From positions 1-52,133 of the IMG/VR virus record IMGVR_UViG_3300004770_000001: a stretch of 52,133 bases of DNA. One strand, given 5' to 3'. Source of the stretch: a virus (Duplodnaviria; Caudoviricetes). Below the pieces are notes generated by a model that was given only the letters and a program-made list of their open reading frames with translations, was not told the origin of the DNA and ran no database searches. The stretch's first letter is position 1. Every line of letters begins with the position of its first letter. Below are positions 8,169 through 16,990 of the stretch, piece by piece. A program made the position numbers and the translations under genes.

Positions 8169-9372
8169 CGAATATAACGGGTTTGCTTTAACGACTGCGA
8201 TAAAGAAACTTCGCAAACTTACCAAACGGGTTAAAGTAATACCAGGTGGAACAAGTGCCGGAAAAACCTATGGCATTTTACCTATTCTTATAGATACCGC
8301 AACCAAAACACCAGGACTTGAAATATCTGTAGTTTCCGAATCAGTTCCACATTTGCGTAAAGGCGCTTTAAAGGACTTTTTGAAAATAATGAAAGCTACG
8401 GGCCGGTATATCAATCAAAACTACAATCGGACTTTTTTAACATATACTTTTACAAATGGCAGCTATATAGAGTTTTTTAGCGCAGATCAGGAAGATAAAG
8501 TTCGAGGTCCGAGGCGCCATATTTTGTACGTAAACGAGTGCAATAATATAACCTTTGACACTTATCATCAGCTTGCAATTCGTACCAGTCAAAGTATATG
8601 GGTTGACTTTAACCCCTCAAATGAATTTTGGGTTTACGAAGAATTAAAACCCGATGCAGATACTGAATGGCTAACGCTTACTTATCAGGATAACGAAGGA
8701 TTGCCGGATTCGATAAAAAAGGAAATCGAAAAGGCAAAAGTGAAAGCCTATAAAAATCCCGATGGTAATATTTTAGATCCCAATAACATAAAAAACAAAT
8801 TTTGGGATAACTGGTGGAAAGTTTACGGATTGGGTTTATTAGGGTCGCTGGATGGTGTTATTTTCACAAATTGGGAACAAATAGACGAAGTTCCAAAAGA
8901 AGCGGAATTATTGGGCATAGGGCTTGACTTTGGTTATACAAATGACCCGACCGCAGCTATCGAGGTTTATAAATGGAACGGCAAAAGAATATTAAATCAA
9001 ATCATCTTTCAGCCGGGATTGTTAAACTTTCAAATTGCCGAAAGGCTACCGAAAGGAGTTAAAGTTATCGCGGATAGTTCTGAGCCTAAATCCATTGAAG
9101 AAATAAAAAGATTTGATATTGATATAAAGGGAGCTACAAAAGGCCCGGATAGTGTGATGTTCGGCATCCAGGCAATGCAAACGCAGGAATATTTAATCAC
9201 TAAAAATAGTGTTGATCTTATTAAAGAATTTCGGCAGTATTGCTGGGACACTGACAAGACTGGTAAAAAGCTAAATCAACCCATTGATACATTCAATCAC
9301 GGTATAGATGCGGTTAGGTATCACGAAATGGAAACCCTGTTAAACCCTGCATTTACATGGGCCTTTGATTAA
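8149..9372 (+). CDS. terL: Terminase large subunit, PBSX family
   Basis: Walker A GGTSAGKT, Walker B YVNE, DFNP, nuclease GLDFGYTNDP, NHGIDAVRY. Confidence 0.95.
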   Translation: MTQRKVNEYNGFALTTAIKKLRKLTKRVKVIPGGTSAGKTYGILPILIDTATKTPGLEISVVSESVPHLRKGALKDFLKIMKATGRYINQNYNRTFLTYTFTNGSYIEFFSADQEDKVRGPRRHILYVNECNNITFDTYHQLAIRTSQSIWVDFNPSNEFWVYEELKPDADTEWLTLTYQDNEGLPDSIKKEIEKAKVKAYKNPDGNILDPNNIKNKFWDNWWKVYGLGLLGSLDGVIFTNWEQIDEVPKEAELLGIGLDFGYTNDPTAAIEVYKWNGKRILNQIIFQPGLLNFQIAERLPKGVKVIADSSEPKSIEEIKRFDIDIKGATKGPDSVMFGIQAMQTQEYLITKNSVDLIKEFRQYCWDTDKTGKKLNQPIDTFNHGIDAVRYHEMETLLNPAFTWAFD

Positions 9373-9374
9373 TA

Positions 9375-9393
9375 TTGCAAAACCGCAACACGA
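9375..9393 (+). promoter_or_regulatory. Structural-gene upstream motif copy 1 (before portal)
   Basis: TTGCA-AAACC-GCAACACGA. Confidence 0.75.
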
Positions 9394-9449
9394 ATTTTTA
9401 AAGCTATACAACAACACTATTGTAAATTTATACCTATCAAATACATTAG

Positions 9450-10940
9450 ATGAAGTGGCCTTCTTTCGGTTTAAGTAAAAAAAAGCCGGGTGCCGGTGGT
9501 GCTATTATGGACCCTGCGGTTAACCCGGTTAATCCTATAAACGATTATAATGCGGCAATCTTTGGTTGGTTAAACAATAATCAGCCATTATACTACGACG
9601 ACAAGTTTACTAACTATGTCGAGCGTGGTTATATGAGTACGCCGGACGTTTTCATCTGTATTAATAAAATCAATCAAAAGCTTGCAATGTGTCCTCCGGT
9701 ACTTTACGAGGTTGCAAGTGAAGATGTCGCACAAATCAGGAAATACAAAAATCTGATCAGCTCACCCGACATAAAAGCGCAATACCAGGCAAAGCTTATC
9801 GAAATTAAATCGCTTAAAAAGGTTTACGAACCAACAATAAGCAAAATGCTCAATAAACCTAATCCTTACGAAACTTGGAGCGATTGGGTTAAGAATTGGG
9901 CCGGGTTTAAACTGATAACTGGAAATACTTACACTTACCTAAACGGACCGAATCCAGAAAAAGGAATGTGGAATGAAATGTTCGTTTTGCCTTCTCACTA
10001 CATCGAGATTGTTTCAGGTGGACCGTGGCAGCCGGTTAAAGGTTATAGGTTAGTCGGACAAGGCCATTATTACCAAAGTGAAAATATCGCATTTACAGCA
10101 AATCAGGTAGTACATAGCAAAACGTTCAACCCGGATTATCGTTCTATCGGTTCGCAGCTTTACGGTATGTCACCGTTAAAGCCGTTTTTGATTACTTTGT
10201 ACAAAAACCAGGTAACAAGGGAGGAACTTTCAAGGCAAGCTAAAAACGGTGGCGTTCTTGGTTTTATTGGTCCGGGTAAAGATGGTATCCCTTTACAATC
10301 AGCACAAAGGGACGATTTAAGAGAGCAAGTTAAACGGGCTAAAATGGGGGATTCTATTTCTGATCGTTTGTTTGTAAGTAGCGGACCATTAAACTGGCAG
10401 CAAATCGGATTGCCATCCGTAGAATTGCAATTACTTGAATCGTTAGATTGGGATCAAAAAGATATTTGCAACGCTTACAACGTTCCTATTCAGTTAATGA
10501 ACTCGCAAGAGGCTAGCACTGACAATAATATGCAGTGGGCAATGAAGCAGTTTATCTACAATGCTATCATGCCGGAGGCTAACGAACTCGGTGACATGCT
10601 TACACGGGCATTGTGCGCGAATCTTAATGCTAAAAGTGCGCAAACGGGTAAATCTTACGAAATTATCATTGATACTACCAGTTTACCCGAAATGCAAGAA
10701 GATCAGCAGAAAATAGCTGCATGGCTGGCTGAATCTGATTGGCTTACTTACAATGAAAAGAGAGAAGTTCAGGGCTTTGGTAAATCTACACTTGCAGGAA
10801 CAGACGAATTGTTTATTGATAGCAATAAAGTATTACTTCGTGATGCAGCTTCATTTGATAATGAGATAACAGCAGCAGCAGGTAAAGAAAGCCCGGCACC
10901 AGTAGAACCGAATCCTAAAGAGGATGATCCACAACTATGA
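9450..10940 (+). CDS. Portal protein (HK97-like)
   Basis: LNKPNPY, TGNTY, YGMSPL, ICNAYNVP, LTYNEKR..QG; follows TerL. Confidence 0.92.
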   Translation: MKWPSFGLSKKKPGAGGAIMDPAVNPVNPINDYNAAIFGWLNNNQPLYYDDKFTNYVERGYMSTPDVFICINKINQKLAMCPPVLYEVASEDVAQIRKYKNLISSPDIKAQYQAKLIEIKSLKKVYEPTISKMLNKPNPYETWSDWVKNWAGFKLITGNTYTYLNGPNPEKGMWNEMFVLPSHYIEIVSGGPWQPVKGYRLVGQGHYYQSENIAFTANQVVHSKTFNPDYRSIGSQLYGMSPLKPFLITLYKNQVTREELSRQAKNGGVLGFIGPGKDGIPLQSAQRDDLREQVKRAKMGDSISDRLFVSSGPLNWQQIGLPSVELQLLESLDWDQKDICNAYNVPIQLMNSQEASTDNNMQWAMKQFIYNAIMPEANELGDMLTRALCANLNAKSAQTGKSYEIIIDTTSLPEMQEDQQKIAAWLAESDWLTYNEKREVQGFGKSTLAGTDELFIDSNKVLLRDAASFDNEITAAAGKESPAPVEPNPKEDDPQL

Positions 10941-11748
10941 TAATGTTTTAGACTTCGACCGTGACAAGTTCGCTAAGGAGTTTAAAAGAACGCATCACAA
11001 GTATGAGCGTTCTGTTATTACATTATTTCAAAACGCATTAAAGCAGCAGGTAAAACCAGTTATTGATTTTGTAAAAGCAAACGGATCTGAAAACCTTAAA
11101 ACTCATTTATCTGCGCTAATTACTATTTCACCTATCCAGCACGCATACCGGGAATGTTATGTTAAAGTAGGTGTTCAACATGCGGAATTTATCTATAAAT
11201 GGATTCAAAAAATAGCAGGTAAAAAGGACTTAGGTTTTTTTAGTGCAGTTTGGCGAAAGTTAATGCAACACTTTTATTTGACTGATAGCGCACAACGGGT
11301 AAAGAATGTTAGCGACACTACTAAAGACAGGATTGCTCAGGCACTCGATGAAGCAGAGGCGCAAGGCTTAACGAAAAGCCAAACAGCGGATTATTTGGTT
11401 AACACTTTACAAAGCGACGATTTTACGAGGTCGAGGGCGCTAACAATCGCAAGAACCGAATCAACGGCAGCGGCCAGTCAAGGCGCAATGCTTGCGGCAG
11501 ATAGTTCAGATTATTTAGTCGGCAAAATATGGATTCCGATTGTTGATGCAAACACAAGGCCAGCTCATGCAGAAATGGACGGTGAACCTGCTATCTCTTT
11601 AACTGATCAGTTTGATGTCGGTGGTGAATTATTGAGTTATCCAGGGGATTTGTCTGGATCACCGGGTAACGTTATTAACTGCCGGTGTTGTGTTGCGATG
11701 GTTCCACTGGCTGATGATAACGGGCTGCCGATACTAAAAGCTGCCTAA
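10924..11748 (+). CDS. Minor head morphogenesis protein (Mu gpF / SPP1 gp7-like)
   Basis: RALTIARTE, KIW...DANTRPAH, YPGD...INCRC. Confidence 0.9.
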   Translation: MIHNYDNVLDFDRDKFAKEFKRTHHKYERSVITLFQNALKQQVKPVIDFVKANGSENLKTHLSALITISPIQHAYRECYVKVGVQHAEFIYKWIQKIAGKKDLGFFSAVWRKLMQHFYLTDSAQRVKNVSDTTKDRIAQALDEAEAQGLTKSQTADYLVNTLQSDDFTRSRALTIARTESTAAASQGAMLAADSSDYLVGKIWIPIVDANTRPAHAEMDGEPAISLTDQFDVGGELLSYPGDLSGSPGNVINCRCCVAMVPLADDNGLPILKAA

Positions 11749-12005
11749 ATATTCACCTGAAAATTTTCATCATAAGTATAAACAGCCATCGGGCATGTTA
11801 TTTTGTGGTTGTAGATTGCGATGCAAATCGGACTGCCTGCTAATATCGCTTCAATATCTTCCTTACTGGGTTGAAACTGCATTAAAATGTACGGGTTGCC
11901 TTCTTTATCAATTCCCCTCATTCCCGGAATAGGGATACAATCCTTTTCAAATCGGGCCGGAATTTCGCTTTGATAATTTGAACCTTTGAAGTCAACTGGC
12001 AACAT
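11745..12005 (-). CDS. Hypothetical protein (reverse-strand cassette)
   Basis: ORF MLPVDFKGSN...FQPSKEDIEAILAG. Confidence 0.65.
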   Translation of the reverse strand: MLPVDFKGSNYQSEIPARFEKDCIPIPGMRGIDKEGNPYILMQFQPSKEDIEAILAGSPICIAIYNHKITCPMAVYTYDENFQVNI

Positions 12006-12022
12006 TCGTGCAAGTTACGCAC

Positions 12023-12382
12023 TTACCATGAGATTTTTATAAAATGTTGGCGTTGATATACTTCTTCCGAAACAGAATAACCTAAGCTTTTAATGTATTC
12101 TAATCCGGCTTCATTAATTTCGGAATGAAATGTTCTTATAAACCGATGGCCATATTTAGCATTCTTTTTTATGTTATCCAATAAAGTATTTACTTGATTG
12201 GCATTTATTGTTAAAGCCAATCTTTCGGCTTCCAAAACCAAATAACGAGCCTTTTCAACATCAAAATCATTAAGCTTATCATCTTCTTTAATTCTGTTGA
12301 CATTTAACAAAATATCTTCAAATTTTACAAGGGTTTTTACCGATTTGTGTTTTTGTGGCCTAAATGCCTGAAATAATCCCAT
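12023..12382 (-). CDS. Hypothetical protein (reverse-strand cassette)
   Basis: ORF ending YIKSLGYSV...KISW. Confidence 0.65.
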   Translation of the reverse strand: MGLFQAFRPQKHKSVKTLVKFEDILLNVNRIKEDDKLNDFDVEKARYLVLEAERLALTINANQVNTLLDNIKKNAKYGHRFIRTFHSEINEAGLEYIKSLGYSVSEEVYQRQHFIKISW

Positions 12383-12412
12383 TGTTAATGATTTTTTGTT
12401 AAAAAATGTGAA

Positions 12413-12877
12413 TTAATGACCAAATGAAGCAAAAATACCGCGAATCATATCTTTTGATTCAGTCTTATTGATTTTACCCTCCGGTACACTAAACGGTAAT
12501 TCCTGATTAAATAATTCAAAAGTTAAATTCTGTAATTCGTGAATAAACTTTAAAGTTTTTATAGGGAACTGTTTATCAATCTCATTGTATTGCCCAATCC
12601 AAAATTCAAAACCATGAGTTAAAAAAAAGTTTAATTCTGAATGTTGAAAAATACCTTTTTCCGATTCAAAAAAATTTGAAAGTAGTAATTCGTGTGTTAA
12701 TTCAATGCCTTCTAAATTATCTTCCCTATCCCAATCGAGCGATACCTCAAAACTGGGTTCGACATTTATTCCGTAATCGCAAACACTATCGACAATAACC
12801 GGGTAATATCCATTTGTATAACAAATGTTTGTTTGATTTACGATATTCCCTACTCGAAGTGATTTTGTATCAATCAT
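12413..12877 (-). CDS. Conserved Bacteroidota-phage protein
   Basis: LRVGN.V...IELT.ELL...IHELQNL.F.L...EL pattern. Confidence 0.7.
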   Translation of the reverse strand: MIDTKSLRVGNIVNQTNICYTNGYYPVIVDSVCDYGINVEPSFEVSLDWDREDNLEGIELTHELLLSNFFESEKGIFQHSELNFFLTHGFEFWIGQYNEIDKQFPIKTLKFIHELQNLTFELFNQELPFSVPEGKINKTESKDMIRGIFASFGH

Positions 12878-13074
12878 GCTGTCTTTTTAATTATCTGCCA
12901 TTCAATTTCAGCAGGTTCATAACCAAACTTTGCAAAAAACCATATTAAGGTGCTTTGCTTTACGGTTCCGTTCTTCCAACGGCGCTTAATTGAAAACGCA
13001 GTACTGTGATTCATTACACCTGCATAAAACTTCGGCTCGGTGCAAATAATTCCCATTAGCTCGTCTGTAGTCAT
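12874..13074 (-). CDS. Small basic protein, possible HTH regulator
   Basis: 66 aa, STAFSIKRRWKNGTVKQSTLIWFFAKFGY; divergent from the protease gene. Confidence 0.55.
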   Translation of the reverse strand: MTTDELMGIICTEPKFYAGVMNHSTAFSIKRRWKNGTVKQSTLIWFFAKFGYEPAEIEWQIIKKTA

Positions 13075-13184
13075 AGGCTAAAAAATTTTCATGTTTGATA
13101 TTTTTACCAAAATGACCAACAGCTAAACAAAGGCGTAATCTTCAACTATTTAGGTCAAGTAAAGGTAATTACAAGCATTTGTAT

Positions 13185-13203
13185 TTGCAATAGTGCAACA
13201 CGA
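13185..13203 (+). promoter_or_regulatory. Structural-gene upstream motif copy 2 (before prohead protease)
   Basis: TTGCA-ATAGT-GCAACACGA. Confidence 0.75.
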
Positions 13204-13252
13204 TAATTTTTCACAATGATGAAAATAAATCTAATTTTATTGAGGTATAGCT

Positions 13253-14158
13253 ATGACACTTCCAAACGGTAATTTTCTTAAAAGCAAAACGGGCATTGTA
13301 GAAGTGCCTAAAAAGTTTCTTGAATTTAAGAGCATTAACAACGCTTCGGCTGAAATCAAGGACATTGATTTTAAAAACCGTATTGTTTCCTGTTATTGGA
13401 GTGCTTTTAATAATAAAGACTTCGACGACGACATAATGGTGCAGGGATGCTACAAAAAGTCAATAGCCGAAAACGGCCCGCAAGGGGCTAATAAGATATT
13501 TTACTTAAAGTCACACAACTGGGAAAACCCATTAGGCAAGCCTACTTTATTGCAGGAAGATTCAAAAGGTCTTTATGCTGAAATCCCTGTAACATCGGGA
13601 GCATCATTCGCTGAGGATACTTTAAAGCTGATGGCAGCCGGATTGATGATTCAGAACTCGGTAGGTTTTCAAACGGTGAAATACAATACAGTTATGCCGG
13701 ATGAAAACGATTGGCAGACCTGGTACCGGGAAATATTAGAGGTAAAACTTTATGAAGGATCAGCGGTGGTTTTGGGTGCTAATGAAGATACACCTTTTCA
13801 GGGCTTCAAAAGCATGACACCTGCGGAGCTTGTTGATCTTGAAAGCAAAATATTTAAAACACTTCGCTCTGGAAATTTACGGGACGAAACTTATGAACGG
13901 TTAGAATTTGCAATTAAACAGTTGCAAAGGGAAACATATTTATTGGGTCAATCTGAAAAGTCACTTACTGAAAACGAACAGCCGAAGATGATGACGGTGA
14001 GCTGCCCTGAATGTAATAAAGACATGGATGTTGACGACGATTCGTCGGAAATGGAATGTCCTTACTGCAAGTGCATGTTTACTAAGAGTTTCACTGTTAC
14101 GAAGCGTAAGCCGAAAGGAGCGATTGGAGCAATAGCGTCAATTAAAATAAATCTGTAA
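13253..14158 (+). CDS. HK97-type prohead protease with C-terminal Zn ribbon
   Basis: YWSAFNNKD..DD, SHN..PLGK, SVGF, EVKLYEGSAV.LGAN; CPEC...CPYC tail. Confidence 0.9.
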   Translation: MTLPNGNFLKSKTGIVEVPKKFLEFKSINNASAEIKDIDFKNRIVSCYWSAFNNKDFDDDIMVQGCYKKSIAENGPQGANKIFYLKSHNWENPLGKPTLLQEDSKGLYAEIPVTSGASFAEDTLKLMAAGLMIQNSVGFQTVKYNTVMPDENDWQTWYREILEVKLYEGSAVVLGANEDTPFQGFKSMTPAELVDLESKIFKTLRSGNLRDETYERLEFAIKQLQRETYLLGQSEKSLTENEQPKMMTVSCPECNKDMDVDDDSSEMECPYCKCMFTKSFTVTKRKPKGAIGAIASIKINL

Positions 14159-14177
14159 TCAAAAAAATTTAACAAAA

Positions 14178-15641
14178 ATGAAAACCATTAAAATATTAAA
14201 CTCCCTGTTTTTTGCGGTGGCGTTTTCTTTATTTGTGGGTGCCGCTACACAATCGCCGTTTGTTGCGATGGGTGTTTTTGGTTTCCTGATGATCGGTGGC
14301 CTTGTGCTTAACGCATCGAAATTTAATACCGATGGAATGCTCGGTGAATTTTTAACCATTTTGGATTCGGATTCCGAAGAAATCAAAGGTTATAAAAAGA
14401 ACATGAATAGCCTGGGCGATGCCGCTGTAAAAAAGGCTAAGGAAGAAGCCGCTAAAGAAGCAGAAGAAAAAGCTAAAAAGCTAATCGAAGATGCTGTTAA
14501 AAAGGTAAACGAAGATGCTGAAACTAAGATCAAAGTTTTGCGCGACGAAGTAGAGGCTAAAAACAAAGAAACCGAAGATGCTTTAACTCAGCTTAACCGT
14601 TTCAAAGAAATCGGCAAAGCTAATGAGAATAAAGGTGTTTCTTTTCAGGATTCATTGCTTGAGCAAATGGCAACTCCGGAGGCTTTGGATGGTTTCAAAC
14701 AACTTGCAAGCGGTAAAAAAGGCGCTGGCGTTAAATTGGAATTGAAAACCGTTAGCACTATGGGCTTATCGAGCATTTCAGGTCTTGACGTTGCTCGTGC
14801 CGAATTGCTTCCTGGTATCCTGCCAATTCCGAAGCGTAAAATTCACGTTCGTGACATTATCGCAACAGGCCGCATGACCGCATCAGATATCCACTTCTTG
14901 AAGATGACTTCAACTGATGGTACTGGTGCTATGTCGGTAGCAGAAAACGCTCAGATCAACCAGATCGATTTTAACTTTATCGAATCACTTGCTCCAAGCC
15001 AGTACATTTCGGCATTCTTGAAAATCAGCCGTAAATCACTTGATGACATCACTGCATTGCGTGCTTCGATTGCTGATCGTTTGTTACAGGAATATTTGCT
15101 TGCTGAAGATACTCAGCTTTTGACTGGTAACGGCTCAGGTTCAAACTTAACTGGTTTGATTAACTCGGCTAACTCATTCGCTTACGCTGGTTCTAAAACT
15201 AAGCCTGTCGAAATGTTGATTGATGCTGCAGCTTATGTTGAAACTAACAACCTGCAAGTTACAGGTATATTGTTGCACCCGATTGACTGGTCTTCAATCC
15301 TGTTAACTCAATCTTCTGGTTCAACTGCCGGTATCTACTCGCTGCCAGGTTTAGGTGTTGTTAGTTTGCAAAACGGTATCCTGCATATCAATGATATTCC
15401 GGTTTACAAATCTACTGCAATATCTCAGGGTGAAGCTCTGTTGGGTGACTGGCAGAATGGTGCGCAGTTGTTCTTACGTGAAGATCCTATTGTTGAGTTC
15501 TTCGAGCAAGACGGTACAAACGCACAATACAATCAGATTACTGTTCGTGTTCAGGGTCGTGTAGCATTGCCAGTTTACTACGGTGGTGCAGGTGGCGCAT
15601 TCTGTCGCGTTAACATCTCTGGTTCAGGCTATCAATCTTAA
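14178..15641 (+). CDS. HK97-fold major capsid protein with N-terminal hydrophobic hairpin and coiled-coil delta domain
   Basis: Follows protease; ISRKSLDD, EDTQLLTGNG, LLHPIDW, LLGDW, NQITVR motifs; K/E-rich coiled coil at about aa 65-150. Confidence 0.92.
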   Translation: MKTIKILNSLFFAVAFSLFVGAATQSPFVAMGVFGFLMIGGLVLNASKFNTDGMLGEFLTILDSDSEEIKGYKKNMNSLGDAAVKKAKEEAAKEAEEKAKKLIEDAVKKVNEDAETKIKVLRDEVEAKNKETEDALTQLNRFKEIGKANENKGVSFQDSLLEQMATPEALDGFKQLASGKKGAGVKLELKTVSTMGLSSISGLDVARAELLPGILPIPKRKIHVRDIIATGRMTASDIHFLKMTSTDGTGAMSVAENAQINQIDFNFIESLAPSQYISAFLKISRKSLDDITALRASIADRLLQEYLLAEDTQLLTGNGSGSNLTGLINSANSFAYAGSKTKPVEMLIDAAAYVETNNLQVTGILLHPIDWSSILLTQSSGSTAGIYSLPGLGVVSLQNGILHINDIPVYKSTAISQGEALLGDWQNGAQLFLREDPIVEFFEQDGTNAQYNQITVRVQGRVALPVYYGGAGGAFCRVNISGSGYQS

Positions 15642-15695
15642 TAGCATTTGGGTAGTGGAAACACTCTTAATAGTTGATTAATTGTTTGTTGGGGA

Positions 15696-15724
15696 AAGGC
15701 CGGGTTAAAATCCCGGTCTTTTTT
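15696..15724 (+). terminator. Intrinsic terminator after the capsid gene
   Basis: AAGGCCGGG-ttaaaat-CCCGGTCTT followed by a T run. Confidence 0.8.
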
Positions 15725-15752
15725 AGAACTAAAATATTTCAAAAGTAACACT

Positions 15753-15926
15753 ATGGCAGATGACCAAAAAGAATACACACCGTTAAAACTCGATAAGGGA
15801 CTAAAGGAAGTAGTTAAGAAAAAAGCCGAAGAAGAAAACAGATCGGTAAATAACTACATCGAAACATCCTTAATCGAAAAGACGGGGTATAAAAAAGGCA
15901 TACATACTAAAAAACGTGAATATTAA
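15753..15926 (+). CDS. Ribbon-helix-helix (Arc-like) protein, 57 aa
   Basis: Manual translation ...TPLKLDKGLKEVVKKKAEEENRSVNNYIETSL; TAATG coupling to the next gene. Confidence 0.75.
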   Translation: MADDQKEYTPLKLDKGLKEVVKKKAEEENRSVNNYIETSLIEKTGYKKGIHTKKREY

Positions 15927-16534
15927 TGGGTTTGGAAAGCATTGAATTTAACGGCAAAGTTTATCCGTCTTTTCAGGCTACGGGTAACGCTGCGAGGTGG
16001 TGCAGACCATTCGCTGACGAAATACTCAAAGGTTTAACTCACGGCTTAGATATTGGCTATTCCAAAGAAGAATGGAAGTATCCGGGATCTATAGGTATCG
16101 AGCCGTCAATAAACCCTCAGTTTCATGCGATGAATTTGCCAGTTTACGGAGGCGAGGGATTTGATTACATCCATAGTTCCCATAGCCTTGAACATGTTAA
16201 AGAAAATTGGATGAATGTTCTGGATTATTGGATGAGCGTTTTACGGGTTGGCGGTATTCTGTTTTTGTATCTGCCGCATGTATCACAAGAATACTGGCAG
16301 ACATGGAGCAACCGTAAGCACGTTCACCAATTCACTGGCACCGAAATAGCGGACTATCTCAAATCAAAAGGCCACAAGGTTTTTTTAAGTAGTGTTGATC
16401 TAAATAACAGCTTTATTGTTGTTGCTGAAAAGTCTATTTACAGCGATAGCAAAAGCAACGATCCCAAAACAAAACTCGGTGATTTACCACCAAGTGAACG
16501 ATTCACCTTTGATATAACCGGGAACGCACAATGA
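15926..16534 (+). CDS. Class I SAM-dependent methyltransferase
   Basis: GLDIG, FDYIHSSHSLEHV, VLRVGGILFLYLP. Confidence 0.85.
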   Translation: MGLESIEFNGKVYPSFQATGNAARWCRPFADEILKGLTHGLDIGYSKEEWKYPGSIGIEPSINPQFHAMNLPVYGGEGFDYIHSSHSLEHVKENWMNVLDYWMSVLRVGGILFLYLPHVSQEYWQTWSNRKHVHQFTGTEIADYLKSKGHKVFLSSVDLNNSFIVVAEKSIYSDSKSNDPKTKLGDLPPSERFTFDITGNAQ

Positions 16535-16689
16535 CATCAAAAATTAAAATCAGAGTTATTCAGCGGACATCTAAAAAGCCTAAAAGGGAATTATCAAATA
16601 CAACATTCTTTTTTAGATACGGCAGGTTTTTGCTTGCTGAATCAAGTATAACAAGAACTGGAAGAACTAATTTTAAATCCTACTTGTAA
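16531..16689 (+). CDS. Small basic hypothetical protein, 52 aa
   Basis: Manual ORF that fills the gap, with ATGA overlap. Confidence 0.4.
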   Translation: MTSKIKIRVIQRTSKKPKRELSNTTFFFRYGRFLLAESSITRTGRTNFKSYL

Positions 16690-16690
16690 A

Positions 16691-16990
16691 ATGATAAAAT
16701 GGTTTAAAAAAGTATTAGCGATGCTCATTCGCTACCATTTAGCCGGGAAGGGTTATCAGTTCATTGAACCTTCCTTAGTAAAGGTTACACCAAGCTTAGT
16801 TTACAAAGGAAAAATTGCGCCTGCAGGAAAGGTTTTCTATATAGCATCACTTAAATATCGTGGCGTTTATTTTCATAAAGATGTAGCTATTGAAAGAAAA
16901 GACATCAGTCCGGCTGACGAAAAGAAACTGATTAGGTTATGCCAGGTGAAATTTGTTAGAGGTATTGAAAAACGAATCAATAAAGCATGA
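16691..16990 (+). CDS. Hypothetical basic protein
   Basis: ORF coupled to the glycosyltransferase gene. Confidence 0.6.
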   Translation: MIKWFKKVLAMLIRYHLAGKGYQFIEPSLVKVTPSLVYKGKIAPAGKVFYIASLKYRGVYFHKDVAIERKDISPADEKKLIRLCQVKFVRGIEKRINKA

